Part shown: positions 55,264 through 63,708 of the stretch, one piece after another
Numbering within the stretch: position 1 is the first letter of the stretch
Layout of the letters: each line of letters starts with the position of its first letter
Assembly: GCA_965220625.1 (NCBI GenBank)
Contig: CBDCQN010000003.1
Span: 1,162,186 to 1,226,185, forward strand
Length of the DNA stretch: 64,000 nt
Direction: 5' to 3'
Origin: Dehalococcoidia bacterium
GTDB lineage: Bacteria; Chloroflexota; Dehalococcoidia; Lucifugimonadales; UBA3495
Translations under genes and position numbers: made by a program
The notes under the pieces: generated by a model
The model's database searches: none
Told to the model about the DNA's origin: nothing
What the model saw: the letters and a program-made list of their open reading frames with translations, nothing else

Positions 55264-55554
55264 ATGGATCTCAAGAAATTGAATCTCAAGAAATTCGACG
55301 TGATTGACTTTCTTGACAGCGATGAAGCGATGGTCGAGTACCTCAATGTGGCCTTGGCGGAGAACGACCCGAAATATTTCGCCAAAGCCCTCGGCAACGT
55401 CGCACGCGCCAAAGGGATGACCTCTGTCTCCGAGGCAAGCGGCTTGGGCCGTCAAGCCCTGTACCGGGCGCTATCCGACGAGGGGAACCCGCGTATTGAC
55501 ACTTTGTTCAGGGTTTTGGAAAGCCTGAACATCCGGCTTGCTATCACCCGGTAG
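55264..55554 (+). CDS. Type II antitoxin, HigA-like 'addiction module antidote' HTH protein
   Basis: FDVIDFLDSDEAMVEYLNVAL...GNVARAKGMTSVSEASGLGRQALYRALS..GNPRIDTL. 96 aa, starting 9 nt after the toxin stop. Confidence 0.8.
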   Translation: MDLKKLNLKKFDVIDFLDSDEAMVEYLNVALAENDPKYFAKALGNVARAKGMTSVSEASGLGRQALYRALSDEGNPRIDTLFRVLESLNIRLAITR

Positions 55555-55696
55555 AATGTTCACGCCACCCTGAAGCTAGGCCCATATCGCGGAAGGGGGC
55601 GACATCGGGACAGTCTCGCTTTAAGATAGTCCCTTAATCGAGCTGTAGCCGGAATGAATCTCAAGCCGGTCAGGCGTTGGGCGGCAAGGTGGACCG

Positions 55697-56800
55697 ATGA
55701 AGGCTTCGTACCTGGGAGCGATGGGTTACGCGCACCGCAGCGATTTCCCTCCCACTTGGCCAACGCCGCCGGCGTACAACGATCCCGAGACTTCGGTCCG
55801 GAGCTATCAGGACGGGATCGAAGAGTGCGAGTTCGCCGAGGAATCGGGATTCGAGTGGATCAGCTTTTCCGAACACCACTATTCCGGCCGCATCGCCACC
55901 GGGGCGCCCTCGGTGGTGGCGGCCGCAGTGGCCGAGCGCTGCCGCAGGGTCAAGATAGCCATGCTGGGGCACCTCCTGCCGCTGAACAACCCGGTCCGGG
56001 CGGCGGAGGAGCTCGGACTGCTCGACAATCTGACCAACGGCCGGTTGGTCATGGGATTCCTGCGGGGCACCCCGAACGAGGACCAGACCTACAACGTCAA
56101 CCCGGCGGAGGGGCGGGGCCGGATGTTGGAAGCCATGGACCTCATTCTGAAAGCCATGACCGAGCCGCAGCCGTTCTCTTGGGAGGGGCGATACTACCAG
56201 TTTCGCACGGTCTCGGTCTGGCCGCGCCCGGTGCAGCAACCCTTCCCGCCGGCCATCGTGGCGACCCGCAGCGACGACGCGGTGGAGTACGCCGCCCGCC
56301 ACCGGCTCGGCTTGGGGGTGTCGTTCCTGCCAGTCGACGACGTGGGCCGGATCGTCGATAAGTACCTTCGCTGGTGCGACGACGCGGGCTGGCAGCCTGG
56401 GCCCGACCAGATGGTGTTCCGCGGCAGCATCTACCTCGCCGAAACAGACCGGCAGGCCCAAGCCTGGTTCGATCAGCAGACCGACCAAGGCAGGGCTCGG
56501 GGGATGGCGTTGCGTTCGAGCGTGTCCCAAGTAATTCAGGCGGCCCGGGTGGGCGATACGGTGGACTACCGCAATGTTTTCGCAGGCAGCGCTTCGGGGG
56601 ACATTGTGGGCGGCGCTCCCGGCCTGACCTTCGTCGGCGGGCCGGACTCCATCTTCGAGCAGATCAAGGCATACCACGACCGTTGCGGGATCGGAGTCAT
56701 CGACCTCTTCTTCCAGCAACCCAGCCTCACCCACAAAGACGTCATCGCGGAGATCGATCTGTTCGGCCGGGAAATCTTGCCCCGGCTCAAAGAGTTGTAG
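55697..56800 (+). CDS. LLM-class flavin-dependent oxidoreductase
   Basis: GFEWISFSEHHYS...NGRLVMGFLRG luciferase-like motifs. 367 aa. Confidence 0.8.
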   Translation: MKASYLGAMGYAHRSDFPPTWPTPPAYNDPETSVRSYQDGIEECEFAEESGFEWISFSEHHYSGRIATGAPSVVAAAVAERCRRVKIAMLGHLLPLNNPVRAAEELGLLDNLTNGRLVMGFLRGTPNEDQTYNVNPAEGRGRMLEAMDLILKAMTEPQPFSWEGRYYQFRTVSVWPRPVQQPFPPAIVATRSDDAVEYAARHRLGLGVSFLPVDDVGRIVDKYLRWCDDAGWQPGPDQMVFRGSIYLAETDRQAQAWFDQQTDQGRARGMALRSSVSQVIQAARVGDTVDYRNVFAGSASGDIVGGAPGLTFVGGPDSIFEQIKAYHDRCGIGVIDLFFQQPSLTHKDVIAEIDLFGREILPRLKEL

Positions 56801-56821
56801 TCCCGTGGGGCGGAGCCGCTG

Positions 56822-57574
56822 GTGAGCTACCCAGCCACCTTCAACGAAGGCCGCGTTGAGGTCGAAGGGGTCACCGTCCGTTACCGCGAGGCGGGGAGCG
56901 GGGACCCGGTGGTGGTGCTGGACGGATGGCCTTGGCGGTTCCCAGCCCTTCAAGAGGCGCTGGCCGGAAGCTACCGGGTCCTGGAAATTGAGATTCCGGG
57001 AGACGTCGCGGCGGACACAGCCGGGCCCTCTGACCTCTCGCATATTACCGGGCCGGCCGCGTCCTCGTTGGTGGAAGGACCTTACACGCTGATCGGGACG
57101 TCCGTGGGCGCTTCGGCGGCCCTGTGGCAGACGCTGCTGTACCCGGACGCGGTATCAACCCTGGTCCTCATTTCGCCCTTGGCGTTGCGGCCCGCTGGGT
57201 ATGGATATTCGGGCATCGACGCCGCATTCGCCCATCCCCAAGCGGTGGAGTTCCCGAGAGCCGACGACCGTCGGGAGGAATCGGCGCTGTCCCTCATTCG
57301 CTCGGCGAGCCACGACGACGGGCTGGAATCGCGGTTGGGGGAAATACCATGCCCAACCCTGGCGGTATTCGGCCAAGAAGACCGGCTGGTGGCCGCCGAG
57401 GCGCCCCGTATCTACCGGGAGAAAATCCCCAACTGCAACATCTCCTTCGTTTACGACGCGGGGCACGTAATTGCGGCGGAGCGCCCGGAGGCGCTCACTA
57501 GCCTCGTCGCTGACTTCATTCAACGCCGGGAGACCTTCATCGTCGACCGAGGCAGCGGAATCATCAACCCGTAG
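56822..57574 (+). CDS. Alpha/beta hydrolase
   Basis: 250 aa. GTSVGA nucleophile-elbow-like motif and a C-terminal DAGH. GTG start. Lies directly downstream of the LLM gene. Confidence 0.7.
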   Translation: MSYPATFNEGRVEVEGVTVRYREAGSGDPVVVLDGWPWRFPALQEALAGSYRVLEIEIPGDVAADTAGPSDLSHITGPAASSLVEGPYTLIGTSVGASAALWQTLLYPDAVSTLVLISPLALRPAGYGYSGIDAAFAHPQAVEFPRADDRREESALSLIRSASHDDGLESRLGEIPCPTLAVFGQEDRLVAAEAPRIYREKIPNCNISFVYDAGHVIAAERPEALTSLVADFIQRRETFIVDRGSGIINP

Positions 57575-57611
57575 GCCGTCCACGCCCAGGTACATTCGGG
57601 AGAGGGGCAAA

Positions 57612-58034
57612 ATGGGAGCAACTCACGTAACCGTAGCCATACGGAACCTGGCAGAACCGGACCAAGTCTGGGAGGGACTCTTCCTGGTCGACACCGGAGC
57701 AACCGATTGTCTTGTACCCAGACGGTACCTGGAAACCATTGGCATAGCGCCCCAAGGACAACGGACCTACAGCATGGCCGACGGCAGGGAAATCAGGATG
57801 GACATCGCTGCCGCACAGGTAGAGTTCATGGGTGAAATCGTCGGGGCAACCATTGTGTTTGGGGACCCGGACGCCGAGCCCCTGCTGGGCGTAACTGCCC
57901 TGGAATCAGTCGGCATTGAAGTTGATCCCCATAACCAGACACTTAGAAGGATGCCTTCAACCCGCCTCAGGGGTTTCGAAGCGGAGGATAACGTCATAAC
58001 GTCCACGTTTGTTGAGGTTGCGGCGGCTCTATGA
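57612..58034 (+). CDS. Retropepsin-like (clan AA) aspartic protease family protein
   Basis: LFLVDTGATDCLVP D-T-G-A active-site motif. 140 aa. The ATG at 57612 is preceded by gggagagggg. Confidence 0.65.
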   Translation: MGATHVTVAIRNLAEPDQVWEGLFLVDTGATDCLVPRRYLETIGIAPQGQRTYSMADGREIRMDIAAAQVEFMGEIVGATIVFGDPDAEPLLGVTALESVGIEVDPHNQTLRRMPSTRLRGFEAEDNVITSTFVEVAAAL

Positions 58035-58080
58035 TATTTTCGGAGTGATATCCAGAAACAATCAAGGGAGTGCTGACAAT

Positions 58081-58560
58081 ATGGCGACCAAACGACCGGG
58101 CGAAAAATACCTTGGGGATGCCCTGCACGTGCCCATCTCATCCGACGGGCAGGTTACCGCATACGTGTGGCCTGTACGGGTGCTGACCATCAGCGGCCAC
58201 GGGTGCGGCGGGCCGACTATTGGAGTTGACGTGGGCAACGAAGAGGTGCTGCGGTTCGATTGTCACGACAACCGCGGCCACTGGCACGGGGGCGGGTATG
58301 ACCGCTCCGGTATGCCGGGCAACTCCCACCGGGATTTCCCAGCCGGCTTGACCGGGGTGGACAGCCAACTCTCTTGGTCGTTGCAACAGCTCGGCGACAA
58401 GGCCCCGGAGCTGCTGGAAGAGGCGCAACACGGACCCGCAGCCCAGTTGGTGGAACCCGCGATGCTTGAATCGGCGCTTGCGGCAATACGGTCCCACCTG
58501 CAAGGGCAGGGCGACCTCCGGGGACAGGCGATCAAGGAGAACTTGATCGAATCTCCCTGA
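58081..58560 (+). CDS. Hypothetical protein (159 aa; His/Gly-rich CHDNRGHWHGGGYD segment)
   Basis: The ATG at 58081 is preceded by agggag. No family recognised. Confidence 0.5.
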   Translation: MATKRPGEKYLGDALHVPISSDGQVTAYVWPVRVLTISGHGCGGPTIGVDVGNEEVLRFDCHDNRGHWHGGGYDRSGMPGNSHRDFPAGLTGVDSQLSWSLQQLGDKAPELLEEAQHGPAAQLVEPAMLESALAAIRSHLQGQGDLRGQAIKENLIESP

Positions 58561-58592
58561 TCGTATCGAACAGACACCGGGGAGGTTACGTA

Positions 58593-58717
58593 GATTCCGG
58601 CTTTTGCCGGAATGACGGGAGGGGTGCTGGCATCTACGCAACCCACGGGCTTCCAGACATTGGGGACGCGACGTGGATTCCGGCTTTCGCCGGAATGACG
58701 GGTGGGATGCTGGCATC
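58593..58717. repeat. Two direct copies (83-bp period) of a 42-bp REP-like palindromic unit gattccggcttt[t/c]gccggaatgacggg[a/t]gg[g/a]gtgctggcatc
   Basis: Copies at 58593-58634 and 58676-58717. Each contains the hairpin ttccggc-tttN-gccggaa. They lie between convergent gene ends. Confidence 0.75.
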
Positions 58718-58762
58718 CCAACCCTGTAGGGATGACTCATGTCTTCCGGCTCCGGGCGGGCC

Positions 58763-59176
58763 TTAAATCCCCAGAGCCGCTACTCCCGCCTTGGCGATGG
58801 CCTCGTCGTCAAGGCCGCTGGGGAGCCCACCGACTCCGATGGCCCCGACCACCGCTCCTTGGTGAAAAACGGTGACCCCGCCCGGAATTGAGACCAACTG
58901 CGGGTCTCCGAAAGACTCTATCGTCCGGCCCGAGGAACTCAGTTGCTCGGCGAATGCCAGAGTGTCCATGGAGCGCATCGCCGCAGTATAGGCCTTGCGT
59001 ATGGCGTAGGTGGGTCTCAGACACCGGTCCATACGGGCGTAGGCCAGCAGGTTGCCGGCGTCGTCTACGACCGCCATGTCCACTTTCCGCCGGTCGGGGT
59101 CTCTGTTGAAATCGGCGATCATCGCTGTAATCGCGTTCTGGGCCTGTTCCAAACTGATCATCGGTTTGTCGTACAA
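58763..59176 (-). CDS. GlcG/HbpS-like heme-binding protein (DUF336)
   Basis: 137 aa. ...GGVTVFHQGAVVGAIGVGGLPSGLDDEAIAKAG. Confidence 0.8.
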   Translation of the reverse strand: MYDKPMISLEQAQNAITAMIADFNRDPDRRKVDMAVVDDAGNLLAYARMDRCLRPTYAIRKAYTAAMRSMDTLAFAEQLSSSGRTIESFGDPQLVSIPGGVTVFHQGAVVGAIGVGGLPSGLDDEAIAKAGVAALGI

Positions 59177-59218
59177 GTCGTCAACCTCCGTGAAGAGTTA
59201 TTTGGGAAACGTGCCGGC

Positions 59219-59746
59219 TCAACTTTGTCCTGCCGTTCGTTGCTGTTCCTGAAGTTCGTCTATCCGCTCCCGGGTCCTGCCATAGATCTGCGGGACGTCC
59301 CAGCCTTGCAGGCCGGCGTAGGTGTCGATCTGCGACCGGTGGTGCACTTCGTGCTCCAGCAGCATCATCAGGACCCGCCAGCCGCTGAGAGCGCCGTCGG
59401 TGTCGATCATCTTGATCCGGCGGTCCAGCCACTCCGCAGGGGTGCCGTCGATTCGCCGGCGGAACTCCGCCGCCGATTCCTCCAAGGCAGGCGCCCAGTC
59501 AGTCCGGGACTCGGTGCTGGGCACCGGCCAATCATAGACCCAACCTTCATTTCGATACGCTCGGGCGAAGTACATGCGGGACTCGGCGATATGGTGGACG
59601 ATCTGGTTGATGCTCCAGGACTTTTCGCCCTCGCCGACCGGCGGGGCCCACGACTCGGCGGGCTCCGGCAGGGCCTGTACGTCCCGGAGGGTGCGCCGGT
59701 GAATGGAATCGAAGTAACGCAGGTACGCCTGCGGATCGGTAATCAT
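59219..59746 (-). CDS. DinB-family (four-helix bundle) protein
   Basis: 175 aa. IVHHIAESRMYF and LEHEVHHRSQI His motifs are typical of DinB/YfiT-like proteins. Confidence 0.75.
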   Translation of the reverse strand: MITDPQAYLRYFDSIHRRTLRDVQALPEPAESWAPPVGEGEKSWSINQIVHHIAESRMYFARAYRNEGWVYDWPVPSTESRTDWAPALEESAAEFRRRIDGTPAEWLDRRIKMIDTDGALSGWRVLMMLLEHEVHHRSQIDTYAGLQGWDVPQIYGRTRERIDELQEQQRTAGQS

Positions 59747-59764
59747 CGTTCGGCTGCCTCCACC

Positions 59765-61177
59765 CTAGATTTCGGCAGTAGGGGGTCTCATGGTATGCCA
59801 GGGCGTGTTCTGCTCGTAGGCGTGGGCCAGCCTGAACACCATTTCCTCTCCGCCGGGCGGCCCGGCAATTTGCAGGCCCACGGGCAGCCCAAGTCCACCG
59901 AACCCGCAGGGCACCGAAATGGCTGGCACGCTGGAGAGATTGAAGGTGTTGGTGCGCATGAAGGGCAGCCGGGACGCGGTCTCCTTGCTGGTCACCGGCG
60001 GGTCTTCCTGGAGCCGGACCGCCTGCCGCCCAGAGGTCGGCATCACCAGCACGTCGTAGGTCCGTAAGGCCGCCAGGACTTCCTCCCGCAGGAGGCTGCG
60101 AAGCTTCTGGGCCTTGTAGTACGCCTGGGCAGGGACCAGGCTACCGGTGAGCAGTCCGATACGATTGTCGTGGCCGTAATCGTGGATTCGTTCCCGGACC
60201 CATTCCTTCATGTTGAATGCCGGCTCGACCGCCAGCAACGTACCGCCGATGGTGTTCGCGTGGGCCGCCAACGGAATTGAGACCTCCTCCACGTCGGCGC
60301 CCAGTTCGGCAAGCGTGGCAGCGGCGGCGCTGACGGCCGTGGCTACGTCGGGCTCCACCAGGTCGCTGTGGAGCAACTCCGTAACGATTCCCACCCGCCG
60401 GCCCTTGATGTCGCCGTCCAACGCCTGGCGGTAATCGGGCGCCGGTTTGGTCCAGGTAGTCGGGTCCTTCGGGTCGTGGCCAGCGATGGCCGACAGGGTG
60501 ATGGCCGCGTCTTCGACCGTGCGGGAGATCGGCCCGATGGTGTCCATCGACCACACGCCCCGCATCAGCCCGTAACGGCTCACCCGGCCCCAGCCGGGCC
60601 TCAGGCCGACTATTCCGCACCAGGCCGCCGGGCGGCGAATAGATCCGCCGGTATCCTCTCCCAGGGAGGTGGCACAGAGAAAGGCGGCCGTGGCCGCTCC
60701 GGAACCCCCGCTGGAGCCGCCGGCCGATATGTCCAGGTCCCAAGGGTTCCGGGGCGTGCTGAACCGGTGGGTGAACCCGGTGATGGCAAACTCGCTGAGG
60801 TTGGTCTTGCCCAAGAGAATGGCGCCGGCGTTCTTGAGGTTGGAGATTACAGTGGCGTCGTCATCCGGGACGAAGTCGGCCAGGATGCGCGTACCCCCGG
60901 TGGTGCGTATGCCCTTGGTCCAGATCTGGTCTTTGACCCCCACCGGGATGCCGTGCATCGGGCCGCGGTAACCGCCGGCCAGTATTTCCTGCTCGGCCTG
61001 CCGCGCTTCTTCCAAGGCCCGCTGCCGGAGCACGGTGATAAAGGAGTTGAACTTGAAGTCAAGGTCGTCGATCCGTTGCAGGTAGGCCTCGACCACCTCC
61101 ACCGGAGACGCCTCTTTGTTCTGGATGAGGCTGGCGAGCGCCGCCACGGAGTGGAGAGGAAGTTCGTTCCGGACCAT
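59765..61177 (-). CDS. Amidase (GatA-like amidase-signature family), paralog of 14047..15453
   Basis: GGSSGGSGAATA and EDTGGSIRRPA motifs. I prefer the ATG at 61177, preceded by ggagg (the track start is 61258). Confidence 0.85.
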   Translation of the reverse strand: MVRNELPLHSVAALASLIQNKEASPVEVVEAYLQRIDDLDFKFNSFITVLRQRALEEARQAEQEILAGGYRGPMHGIPVGVKDQIWTKGIRTTGGTRILADFVPDDDATVISNLKNAGAILLGKTNLSEFAITGFTHRFSTPRNPWDLDISAGGSSGGSGAATAAFLCATSLGEDTGGSIRRPAAWCGIVGLRPGWGRVSRYGLMRGVWSMDTIGPISRTVEDAAITLSAIAGHDPKDPTTWTKPAPDYRQALDGDIKGRRVGIVTELLHSDLVEPDVATAVSAAAATLAELGADVEEVSIPLAAHANTIGGTLLAVEPAFNMKEWVRERIHDYGHDNRIGLLTGSLVPAQAYYKAQKLRSLLREEVLAALRTYDVLVMPTSGRQAVRLQEDPPVTSKETASRLPFMRTNTFNLSSVPAISVPCGFGGLGLPVGLQIAGPPGGEEMVFRLAHAYEQNTPWHTMRPPTAEI

Positions 61178-61342
61178 TTCGGCCTCCAACGGTTGCCCGC
61201 CCCCGGTTCCCACCACGGGGCTGGTTGCCATGATAGGCGTCAGGCTCAAGGCAGTCAACGCGGAGCGGTCTGCCGGGGTCTGCCGGTTGACTGTTCAGTT
61301 TATGGGGAGGGTAGGACCGTTCATGGCGAGCACTCCATAAGG

Positions 61343-61437
61343 GGTTTGGCACTGGTTTGGCGGAATCGAGGCTGAAGTTTTTAATTCTTGGGCCATTCTG
61401 AGCCAAAGTGCGCCATCAAGCGGTTTGGCGGAATCGA
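61343..61437. repeat. Repeated box GGTTTGGC(GGAATCGA) upstream of the amidase gene
   Basis: The 16-mer ggtttggcggaatcga is at 61354-61369 and 61422-61437, and the half-box ggtttggc is at 61343-61350. This intergenic stretch looks AT-richer. Confidence 0.6.
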
Positions 61438-61556
61438 TGCAGGAGCTTTGCAGAACAATGCTCTTTTAATTCCTATTTGTTGTGCAGAATTTTCATAAAT
61501 GCGCGGTCTCTTGGCCTGTTTGTCGTCTGGGGCCTCTCTTGGGCCAATTCGTCAGC

Positions 61557-61793
61557 TTATCTTTCTACCTCTTCGACGCCAGCATGAGTGCAGAGGTGCT
61601 GCCTGCCGGCCCGAACGGCGCACATGGTCACCACGCGGTCTTCGGGGACATCAACGGCCACAAAGTCGGGTTCGTCCAGCATATCGAGGCTATGGCGTTC
61701 CCAGGAGACGTTCCAGCACTTGATCAGGCGGTCGGTTCCAAGTACGCAGGCCCGCCGTCCGCTGGTGCTGATGTCCGTGGCTGCCTCGACCAC
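61557..61793 (-). CDS. Short coding-like ORF or gene remnant, hypothetical
   Basis: High GC at third codon positions. The frame stays open upstream to about 61893 without an ATG. A GTG at 61793 is the first canonical start. Confidence 0.3.
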   Translation of the reverse strand: MVEAATDISTSGRRACVLGTDRLIKCWNVSWERHSLDMLDEPDFVAVDVPEDRVVTMCAVRAGRQHLCTHAGVEEVER

Positions 61794-61962
61794 CTGCTGC
61801 TGACGCGGCGGGTCGGGGTGATCGTCGGGTCCGCTTAGTTCACCATCTGGCAGGGAGCGTGTAGGGCCATGTGGTTGAAGGAGCGCAGTGAGCAGTCACT
61901 ACCGGCGCCCTAGACGCAGGGTCCTTTGTGTCCGTTGTGCATCTTCGAGGGAGTGGACAGGC

Positions 61963-63708
61963 TTATTCCCGGGAGGCTGGGGATGCCGTGAGCATGTCGC
62001 AGTAATGGAGCCCGACGCTCGCTAGGTCGTTGATGGTCACGTCCCTGAAGGCGGCGGGAATACAGCCACTGATGGAATTGCCCGACAGTTTCACAGTAGT
62101 GAGATTCGGCAGCTGGCCCAGCGAGGCGGGTATCGTGCCCGTCAGAGAGTTGCCGCTCAGGTCCAGAGCTGTCAACGCCCATAGGATCTCCAGCTTGTAC
62201 GGAATGCTCCCGCTGAGACCGCTGGAGGACAGATTGATCCCCGTTACACGCTGGGGTGTTCCGCTGACAGTTATGCCGGTCCAACTGTCAATGGGAAGGT
62301 CGGCACTCCAGTTCAATGTGGCTGTTCCCGCCAAGGCGTCCCTTGCATCCAACAGAGCAATACAGTCGCGGAGCAGGGCCCGGTTAGCGGCCTTATTCCG
62401 CACCGCATCTCCCTGGGCGCAGGCTGGCACCGGCGGCGGTTGTGTTGGGCGCCCGTCAGGGTGCTCGTAGGCCCCCGTGTCTAGGTAGAACTGGGCCAGA
62501 CGGTTGGCGTCGGTGATCAGCATCGGTAGCTCTATACCATCTGCTCGGCCTTCAATGCCATCCGAGGCTATGCGGCCACCATACTGTGTTACCCGGGACT
62601 GGTGGGCTGTGTTAACCGCTTCGGTGAAGGTCGGCAGGTCCATCTCCAGGGCGCCACGGTGGGTCTGGTACTCGTCCGGTCTGTTGGCCCTCCAGAAGTT
62701 TCTATTTGGATGCACCGCGATGACCGTCCCATCGTCCTGACGCTGTACGGCCCATGTGAGGAAGACCTCCCACACCTCGGTCGGGTGGTAATGCCGTGGA
62801 CCGATGAACAGAAGGTACTCTCTGCCGTAGATTCCTTCACCATCCCTGGCTGGTGAACTACTTATTGGACTATAGCCATCCACAAGTATTGTTTCTTGGA
62901 TCCGTCTAATCCGGTCTACAAGTTCCTCCTCCGTCAGTACTTCCTCTACATTCCTGCCAGTCCGAGCGGCGGCAGCCTCTACATCAAAAGATCCTTCGAA
63001 GTAGCGACTAGTCGCCACCAGGACGGTCAACCGGGGTGGGCCGCTGCTCAGAATGTAAGCGTTTGCCCTCACCTCTGCGTAGCACTGGATGAGCCTTGTG
63101 CTCTCTATGGAAATGTAGTAGTCAGGATCCCCGTATGACGGTATGCGGAGTGGAATTGCCGACACGCATCGCGCTTTCTCGGGGATGTACGTACCTCGTA
63201 CAACGATGTGTGGGATCAATTTGAATGAACGACCGTCCATATGTTGCCGTATGGTCTGGGGTTGTTCCCCCCCAATCGGCGCCAAAGCCCCGTTCTCCAG
63301 TCACGGCAGCCATCCAATTTGTATCGACGTCACAGGGGTCACGGTTGGAGCCTCCAATGGGAGTGCATGGCGGTATCTCATCTGCCAGGTACTCCTGTCC
63401 CTGTTTAGTGACGACTGTCGGGGCTACGATCACGGGGGTGGCAGCCCCGGAGGCGGGCATAGGCGCTGCGGTCGCGGACGCGGGGGGCGGTAGGGCTGCA
63501 GGCCTGGTGGGCATCTCATTCGAACCACCGGGCGGCTTCGTGGGCGGAGTTACGGGTACGTTGGCCCGGGGCGTGTGCGTGGGGGAGTCGATGACTTGCG
63601 TCTCCACTGTGCCGTCATCGCCACAGGCCCCGGCGTCATTGAGAGTCCCATTGCCATCAGGAAAATCAGCAGCAGGGCCGGTCGAATTCGTGAGGTCGGC
63701 CTTCTCAT
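61963..63708 (-). pseudogene. Secreted/lipoprotein-type leucine-rich-repeat (LRR) protein gene disrupted by two compensating frameshifts
   Basis: The ATG at 63708 gives signal peptide MRRPTSRIRPALLLIFLMAMG... in the same frame as the LRR-bearing ORF 61963..63285. The middle part (63122..63607, containing AGAC|GDDG and a Pro-rich linker) is in another frame. One shift is at the G7 run at 63267-63273. Confidence 0.6.

Noticed and set aside
55670-57043. 457-aa minus-strand ORF, one of many long ORFs antisense to well-supported genes. Others include 1430..2572, 3611..4582, 19014..20450, 28663..30144, 30217..31170, 32868..34004, 49037..50149 and 60368..61375.
   Set aside because: These are shadow ORFs typical of GC-rich DNA. 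The translations are Arg/Pro/Gly/Ala-rich with no motifs, while the opposite strand encodes proteins with clear family signatures (LLM, DUF1800, DUF1501, DnaE2, amidase and others).
58138-58740. ORFs 58138..58740, 58217..58486 and 58263..58721 (containing ...VIPAKAGIYVT...).
   Set aside because: These are translations of the REP-like palindromic repeats and of antisense sequence of the 58081..58560 gene. They are not credible proteins.
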